Shown here: piece after piece, positions 9,319 to 13,779 of the stretch
Layout: each line of letters begins with the position of its first letter
Position numbering within the stretch: position 1 is the stretch's first letter
Virus record (IMG/VR): IMGVR_UViG_2534682222_000007
Coordinates: 1 to 13,779 of that record
Direction: 5' to 3' (one strand)
Length of the DNA: 13,779 nucleotides
DNA from: a virus
Taxonomy: Duplodnaviria; Heunggongvirae; Uroviricota; Caudoviricetes
Translations under genes and position numbers: made by a program
Notes under the pieces: model-generated
The model's input: the letters and a program-made list of their open reading frames with translations, nothing else
Database searches by the model: none
What the model was told of the DNA's origin: nothing

Positions 9319-10650
9319 TCAGATTGCGTCGCCGCTGCCGAAGGCGATGATCAGCCCGTAGGTGTAATCATCGAGCAAATCGTCGGCGCGCTTGTGCGCG
9401 TTCTTATCGGCAAGGTGGAATCGTGAAACCTGCTTATGCAGATGGTTTGCTGTTTCGCCCTTGAAGACGGCCGTCTTCTCGTAGGCGTATCGGGATATTT
9501 TCGCCAGCCCGCGGTAGTGATAACCGGAGGCCATAATGGCGCGTTCGTCCTTCCCTTTGCTGGTCAGGGCGGATTCAATTTTGTTGACCGGCCATCCCAG
9601 GCTTTCACCTTTCTGCAGGAGGATGCTGCCCATGCTGGCGTCTTCGATGAAAACGCCGAGGCTGCCATTTACAGCGACGCACTGGCCGGATAGCTCATTC
9701 AGCCGGGTGAAAACAGACGGAATCCACTCTTCCAGCAGCGCGCCGTCGATCTGCACTACATCCCAGTCGAGTATGGTCAGGCGCTGAATGCCGGGCCGGG
9801 TGTCGACGGCGTAGTAAACTACCGCCGTGCCGTCGTGCTCAGTACCGCCCTTAACGGCGGTATCCATGACAGCGAAAACGGCCTGGCACATCTCAGGGTA
9901 ATCGACTGGCTGATCCTGGTTTTCACCCTCGAACCATTTGCGGACGTCGAACAGTGACGCAGCGGACCAGTCGACGAACTCGGCCAGGAACTCCTGCCGG
10001 AAAACGCGAGGGTCGTTGTTCTGTCGCTCTTTCTCCAGTTCCTCAGGAGGAACGAAGGGGTTGGATGACGTCGGAGCATGATGCTCATGGAAGCCGAGGT
10101 CTTTGTTATGGCAGATGGCATAGAAGAAGTTTTCTTCGTCCACACCGTCAGGCGTTGAGAATACGTAGGCCCGGCCTTTTGTCGTCAGTAGCGTCGGCTT
10201 AATCGACTTCGGCCAGATTTCCTTCAGCATTTCAGGCGACTTGGTAAACGCCGCCTCATCGATCAGGATAATTTCGTACTCACGACCACGACCGGCCAGT
10301 TTGTTGTCGTTGGTGACCCAGAAGTCAATCTTCCCGCCGTTCTTCAGCAGCAGGCGCTTTTCCTGCCGGCTGAAGCTCTTTTTCAGCGGCAGCAGGATTT
10401 CTTCCAACTTGTCGTAGATCTCCTGGTACTGGCGATACTCGGCAGTGAAGATACCGACCCGACCGCCCAGCTCGATATCCATGCCCGGGCGCCGGAACTG
10501 CGACGTTGCGTAGGTCACCGCAGCGCTCGACAGCATGAAGGTTTTCCCCCAGCGTCGACCACAGCGAACCGCATTCAACTGGTGATCCCAGGAGTCAGAC
10601 CAGACCGTTAACTGCCCGTTGTGTAGCGTGGGTAGGTAAATGTCGGCCAT
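9319..10650 (-). CDS. terL: Terminase large subunit (443 aa)
   Basis: Walker A-like motif VRCGRRWGKT near the N-terminus, Walker B-like YEIILIDEAAF, and C-terminal acidic motifs (AVMDTAV, VFIEDAS, DDLLDDYTYG) consistent with an RNase H-like nuclease domain. Start ATG at 10648-10650, 3 nt after the small-subunit stop. Confidence 0.85.
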   Translation of the reverse strand: MADIYLPTLHNGQLTVWSDSWDHQLNAVRCGRRWGKTFMLSSAAVTYATSQFRRPGMDIELGGRVGIFTAEYRQYQEIYDKLEEILLPLKKSFSRQEKRLLLKNGGKIDFWVTNDNKLAGRGREYEIILIDEAAFTKSPEMLKEIWPKSIKPTLLTTKGRAYVFSTPDGVDEENFFYAICHNKDLGFHEHHAPTSSNPFVPPEELEKERQNNDPRVFRQEFLAEFVDWSAASLFDVRKWFEGENQDQPVDYPEMCQAVFAVMDTAVKGGTEHDGTAVVYYAVDTRPGIQRLTILDWDVVQIDGALLEEWIPSVFTRLNELSGQCVAVNGSLGVFIEDASMGSILLQKGESLGWPVNKIESALTSKGKDERAIMASGYHYRGLAKISRYAYEKTAVFKGETANHLHKQVSRFHLADKNAHKRADDLLDDYTYGLIIAFGSGDAI

Positions 10651-10653
10651 GAT

Positions 10654-11370
10654 TTATCTTCCCGGGATTGGCAGCGAGTTATGCACGACGATCGCGTTAT
10701 CCTTGTCACCGTCTTTCAGCGCATCGATTTCGAGCTCAACCTTTTCGGTCGCGGCTTCGCGGTAAGCGGCATCAACGCGCTGTTTGATAATCGCCGCCTT
10801 GGTGTACTCCAGCGACTCAATGCGGGCCGTGTTACGGTGCATGGCTTTTTGCGCAGATGAAATTAGCTCGTGAAGATTATTGGCGGTATCGCCATCAGCT
10901 ATTTCAAGCTCAGTCTGCCAGCGGCCAATATTTTCAGCAGCGGTAAGGTTCGCCGCACGCAACCAGAAAAGCTCATCATCAAGAGTGAGCGCCTGAGCAT
11001 CCTCGGTAATGGCATCAGATAGAAGCATTCGGCGTCCATAGCCACCATGCTTCAATGCGTTCTGATTTCCGGGTCTGGAATTATAATGAGCGCGTTTCGT
11101 TTCTGGTGAGTTTGATGGTTTTGCGACTTCGCAGTTATCCACTAAGCCCGCTGGTGGCTTACTCTTTGCCACTTTCTCCTTTTGCGAATTCGCATTCTTT
11201 TTCGCAGCTTCTTTCTGCGATTTCGCACCATACGACGTTACTTTGATGTAGCGTTTCGCAGATGCGTAATTCAGTCCCTGAGCCTGGCACCAGTCTTTGG
11301 GGGAAATACCTGTTTTGGCATGCTCGGCGAGGAACTGGTCTTGCAGTGCTCCCCAGTCCGGTTTTGCCAT
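10654..11370 (-). CDS. terS: Putative terminase small subunit (238 aa)
   Basis: Immediately upstream of and translationally coupled to the large terminase gene. The N-terminal segment looks HTH-like (ISPKDWCQAQGLNYASAKRYIKV). GAGGT ribosome-binding site 8 nt upstream of the ATG at 11368-11370. Confidence 0.55.
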   Translation of the reverse strand: MAKPDWGALQDQFLAEHAKTGISPKDWCQAQGLNYASAKRYIKVTSYGAKSQKEAAKKNANSQKEKVAKSKPPAGLVDNCEVAKPSNSPETKRAHYNSRPGNQNALKHGGYGRRMLLSDAITEDAQALTLDDELFWLRAANLTAAENIGRWQTELEIADGDTANNLHELISSAQKAMHRNTARIESLEYTKAAIIKQRVDAAYREAATEKVELEIDALKDGDKDNAIVVHNSLPIPGR

Positions 11371-11432
11371 AATACTTACCTCACGTTGACATTATCGAAG
11401 CCCCTCAGTGAAGGGCTCCTGTAATGCCGCGA

Positions 11433-11957
11433 TCAGCCAATAAGTAATTCCGGCTGCGTTACCTGCATGATGTGCTCATGCTCGAGCTCCAGGACGCGCT
11501 TCTCTTTCTTCCGCTCGTTCATCAAACGGCTTCCGATCGTGCCTTTCAGCTTTGAGCGCGTTTCTTTGATGGCGTAGCGGTGCTGCATTTCTTCGCCCAT
11601 CGCCATGCGTCGGTTTAGCTGCTCGGCCATCCAGTTAAAGGCGGCGATGTATTGCTCTTTAATCGCGGTCGCCGTTTTTCCGGTGAAACCCATTACAAGC
11701 ATCATCCAGCCATCTTTCGTGATGTTGTACATCAGGCGCATTTCGCCTTTCTTATCGAGGTATTCAACGGGCTCAAAATTGAGCCGGTTAAAATCAGGGG
11801 AGCAATCTGACTCCAGCCGCTTGATAGTGCGAAGAACGTTTTTATGCGCCTTGCCGAAATAGCGGGCGATCTTCATGGACGTCGTGATGACCTTTCCGTT
11901 GGATGGCAAAACCATTTCGCGGAAGTCGAAGGCCGGAATAACTGACGGATTATTCAT
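11433..11957 (-). CDS. rha: Rha-family phage regulatory protein (about 174 aa)
   Basis: The N-terminal sequence (MNNPSVIPAFDFREMVLPSNGKVITTSMKIARYFGKAHKNVLRTIKRL...FNRLNFEPVEYLDKKGEMRLMYNITKDGWMMLVMGFTGKTA) matches my recollection of the Rha domain. The track ORF 11433..11993 starts on a non-ATG codon; the first ATG at 11955-11957 is preferred. Confidence 0.7.
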   Translation of the reverse strand: MNNPSVIPAFDFREMVLPSNGKVITTSMKIARYFGKAHKNVLRTIKRLESDCSPDFNRLNFEPVEYLDKKGEMRLMYNITKDGWMMLVMGFTGKTATAIKEQYIAAFNWMAEQLNRRMAMGEEMQHRYAIKETRSKLKGTIGSRLMNERKKEKRVLELEHEHIMQVTQPELLIG

Positions 11958-12091
11958 AGCGTCTTTACCTTTTAGAAAGTGAGCCTGTCTCACAGAAAAG
12001 CCGCCCGAGAGAGGTCGCCACCTATAACGGCATTTCTCAGGCTCGCTTACTGAAAGGCTCTCGTTGATGTACGCGTGAGATGCGCAGACAT

Positions 12092-12116
12092 AAAAAAGCC
12101 CGACCGAAGTCAGGCT
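12092..12116 (-). terminator. Intrinsic terminator downstream of Rz/Rz1
   Basis: Minus-strand RNA: 8-bp stem (one G-U pair) closed by a UUCG tetraloop, followed by UUUUUU (plus A-run 12092-12097); 20 nt after the Rz stop at 12136. Confidence 0.6.
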
Positions 12117-12135
12117 CTGTTATTTGGGTGACGAA

Positions 12136-12609
12136 TCACTTAAGACACTGCTCTTTGATGTAGTCCTGCATGCCGCGAATCATTTTGTCAGCGGTTGCGA
12201 TTCCGTCCCGGTGATCGAAATAATTCCGTCGAGCGTCTGGAGTAAGTTCGGGGGCTCCTGCATCATCCACGCCGGTGGAGGAGGTGGCTTTTGGCACTCC
12301 AGGGCAGGTTGCAGCGATGCGCAGCCGTTTAGCGCCAGAATCGACATCACGACGCAAATCGTTAATGGTCTTTTTAGCATCGGACAATTCCTTCGTGTAT
12401 TTGGCATCCAGTGCAGCGACATCGCGCTGACGGGTCTGCATGTCTTTAATGGTGGCGGTCGCCAGGAGGAGTTTCTCAGTGGCCTTATCGCGCTGGTCTC
12501 TGTAAGTGATGGCGTTGTCGCGGTAGTGGTTCACGAAGAAAGCCAGTGCGCCGATTAACGCCAGCACCAGCAACTGCAGCCAGTAACGCTTAACCAGTGC
12601 GCTAATCAT
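12136..12609 (-). CDS. Rz: Rz-type i-spanin (157 aa)
   Basis: N-terminal transmembrane segment followed by [12 protein letters not shown]...[15 protein letters not shown], closely resembling lambda Rz as I recall it. ATGA overlap with the endolysin stop. Confidence 0.85.
   Translation of the reverse strand: MISALVKRYWLQLLVLALIGALAFFVNHYRDNAITYRDQRDKATEKLLLATATIKDMQTRQRDVAALDAKYTKELSDAKKTINDLRRDVDSGAKRLRIAATCPGVPKATSSTGVDDAGAPELTPDARRNYFDHRDGIATADKMIRGMQDYIKEQCLK
12180..12380 (-). CDS. Rz1: Rz1-type o-spanin lipoprotein (66 aa), embedded in Rz in the +1 frame
   Basis: ORF entirely inside Rz. Start re-set to the ATG at 12378-12380 (AAGGA about 9 nt upstream): [24 protein letters not shown]... 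with a signal peptide, lipobox-like LNGC, and the PPPPPAW motif characteristic of lambda Rz1. Confidence 0.8.
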   Translation of the reverse strand: MLKRPLTICVVMSILALNGCASLQPALECQKPPPPPAWMMQEPPNLLQTLDGIISITGTESQPLTK

Positions 12610-13055
12610 GACAGGAACAGAGCTCGCTCTGCCTTGCGGCGATTCGTGAGCCCCGGCATCACCTTTCCGCCTGATTTATTCCAGCGCAGAAATTCATCTG
12701 CCGCGCCTTTTATATCGCCAGCATTCAGCTTTTTCAGCAGTGTAGATGTGGAAAGAGCACGCGACCCAACGTTGTAAGCGAACGACACCAGTGCGTCGAA
12801 CTGGCCTTGTGTCAGCTTCACCCTGACAACTTTCAGCACGTCATTCTCATAACCAACAAGCCCTGTTTTCAGAAGCCTGTCAGCGGTTTGCTGGTCGATA
12901 GTCATACCGCGCTTTACTGGCTTTCCGTCAACCGGATGGGTCCAGCCATAGCCGATGGTCCACGGCGCATCTCCCGTTCCGGGGTCGGGGTAAGCAGTCA
13001 GCCGACAACCTTCAAATTTTTTTATCAGAGCAATTCCGTCAGGACTGGTTTGCAT
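12606..13055 (-). CDS. R: Endolysin, T4/P22-type lysozyme (GH24), soluble (149 aa)
   Basis: Catalytic E-D-T arrangement in [26 protein letters not shown] and a C-terminus ([11 protein letters not shown]) like P22 gp19. The track ORF begins at a TTG (13082); the ATG at 13053-13055 with GGGAG 6-7 nt upstream is preferred, giving a 17-nt overlap with S. Confidence 0.85.
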   Translation of the reverse strand: MQTSPDGIALIKKFEGCRLTAYPDPGTGDAPWTIGYGWTHPVDGKPVKRGMTIDQQTADRLLKTGLVGYENDVLKVVRVKLTQGQFDALVSFAYNVGSRALSTSTLLKKLNAGDIKGAADEFLRWNKSGGKVMPGLTNRRKAERALFLS

Positions 13056-13362
13056 CGTCAACTCCCGCCTTTTTTGCTGCAAGTTTTTTAATCAGATTGC
13101 CGATCGAATCGGTGCCGATGTATCCAATAAAGACGCTGGCTATGTAGGCGAGGTTGCTGCTCAGGCCGATAAAGTCCAGAAGGTCACGAACGAACCAGGC
13201 AATCATCGCGCACATCAGCGCATCAATTAGCGTTTTTGTTACCGCGCCGCCGTTATAGCGACCACGCAGATACGCCATGATAAAAGCCAGCATTGCACCA
13301 ATACCCTGCTCCTTGGCGGCAAGTAGCGCAGCGATGAAATCTTGTTTGTATGGCATTTTCAT
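13039..13362 (-). CDS. S: Class I holin, lambda S-like (107 aa) with a dual-start Met1-Lys2-Met3 motif
   Basis: [39 protein letters not shown]... is near-identical in pattern to lambda S as I recall it. GGAGG ribosome-binding site upstream. The track ORF (147 aa) is an N-terminal over-extension. Confidence 0.9.
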   Translation of the reverse strand: MKMPYKQDFIAALLAAKEQGIGAMLAFIMAYLRGRYNGGAVTKTLIDALMCAMIAWFVRDLLDFIGLSSNLAYIASVFIGYIGTDSIGNLIKKLAAKKAGVDDANQS

Positions 13363-13372
13363 AGGCCTCACC

Positions 13373-13386
13373 TCCGATTTTTCGGA
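13373..13386 (-). promoter_or_regulatory. sdi-like stem-loop overlapping the S ribosome-binding site
   Basis: Minus-strand RNA 5'-UCCGA-AAAA-UCGGA-3' (plus 13373-13377 pairing with 13382-13386); the 3' arm overlaps the GGAGG Shine-Dalgarno just before the tandem start codons. Confidence 0.35.
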
Positions 13387-13470
13387 TGGCGCTGTGTGTG
13401 TTTGTAGGGGAAAGGCCGTCAGACTCTGATTGCTACATGGCATCTGAAAATGATATCTGCGGCCTGCAAT

Positions 13471-13494
13471 AAAAAAGCCCACGGCGCGGTGGGC
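13471..13494 (-). terminator. Intrinsic terminator within the late leader, about 110 nt upstream of S
   Basis: Minus-strand RNA: perfect 6-bp GC-rich stem GCCCAC/GUGGGC (plus 13477-13482 with 13489-13494), 6-nt loop, then UUUUUU (plus A-run 13471-13476). Confidence 0.5.
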
Positions 13495-13749
13495 AATAGA
13501 GGGTAGTGCGTTGAGCTTTTGCTCTTATGGTCCTGGTAGGTATTTGGTGTGTGGTGACCGGTGCTGTGTTTTCCGGCATGTAAATGAACTACCCGTCGTC
13601 GCCATGGTGAGCCTTTACCTCACCATCTAGCTGATAAGTTAGCGCATCAGCCTGCGCATTCACCACAACGATAATTGCACTGCGCCTGTTTCGGTTAGCG
13701 TAACGGGATTAACCGGTCACCCCAATGCAATTATCTGTTGTGCAGATAC

Positions 13750-13778
13750 AAAAAAGCCCCGAGCTATTAACTCAGGGC
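13750..13778 (-). terminator. Intrinsic terminator, candidate tR' analogue (end of a 6S-like late leader RNA)
   Basis: Minus-strand RNA: 8-bp stem (plus 13756-13763 with 13771-13778, one G-U), 7-nt loop, then UUUUUU (plus 13750-13755). It sits about 390 nt upstream of S, matching the tR'-to-S spacing in lambda; the flanking sequence resembles lambda tR' from memory. Confidence 0.5.
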
Positions 13779-13779
13779 C

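Noticed and set aside
9819-10145. Minus-strand ORF of 108 aa inside the large terminase gene in another frame
   Set aside because: Fully embedded in the terminase coding region, with Ser/Arg/Thr-rich composition and no RBS. Unlike Rz1 it has no recognisable signal peptide or motif.
11371-11432. Possible terminator between rha and terS
   Set aside because: Only a weak imperfect hairpin and no U-tract on the minus strand; the interval instead carries the GAGGT RBS for terS.
11958-11993. Longer Rha start at 11993
   Set aside because: Non-ATG start lacking an RBS; the first ATG at 11955-11957 begins the conserved Rha N-terminus.
12606-13055. SAR (signal-anchor-release) endolysin
   Set aside because: The N-terminus ([16 protein letters not shown]) is hydrophilic with no transmembrane-like segment, so this is a soluble holin-dependent lysozyme.
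13056-13082. Longer endolysin start at 13082 (MQQKRRELT...)
   Set aside because: The codon at 13080-13082 is TTG with no RBS. The ATG at 13053-13055 has GGGAG upstream and reproduces the lambda-like 17-nt S/R overlap.
13363-13482. N-terminal extension of the holin ORF (147 aa in the track)
   Set aside because: The track start is a non-ATG codon with no RBS. The lambda-like MKM dual start with GGAGG at 13360-13362 is the real start, and the extension would run through the sdi-like hairpin.
13495-13749. tRNA genes or a toxin moron between the tR'-like terminator and S
   Set aside because: No cloverleaf-compatible sequence (no GTTCGAATC-like T-arm on either strand) and no ORF with an RBS in this interval. 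Only hairpins and dyad symmetries were seen.

Overview
The window reads as the late region of a lambdoid (pro)phage from an enterobacterial host, with every supported gene on the minus strand, so the operon runs from high to low coordinates. In order: a late leader with two intrinsic terminators (13363-13779); a lambda-type lysis cassette of S holin, T4/P22-type endolysin, and Rz with embedded Rz1 (12136-13362); a Rha-family regulator as a likely moron (11433-11957); small and large terminase subunits (9319-11370); portal (7889-9307); a Mu F/SPP1 gp7-like head morphogenesis protein (7062-7892); a 539-aa scaffold-like protein with an N-terminal Nudix hydrolase domain (5430-7049); a decoration-like protein (4554-5414); major capsid protein (3506-4537); four small hypothetical virion genes (1174-3437); and a structural gene truncated by the window edge (1-1169). 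The most unusual element is the Nudix-scaffold fusion, which may also have a nested in-frame scaffold start. All calls rest on reading the translations and the DNA by eye; no database search or folding computation was possible, and family assignments outside the lysis cassette and large terminase are tentative. The ORF track accepts non-ATG starts, so several starts were re-set to the first ATG with a ribosome-binding site. Plus-strand ORFs are judged to be antisense artefacts.
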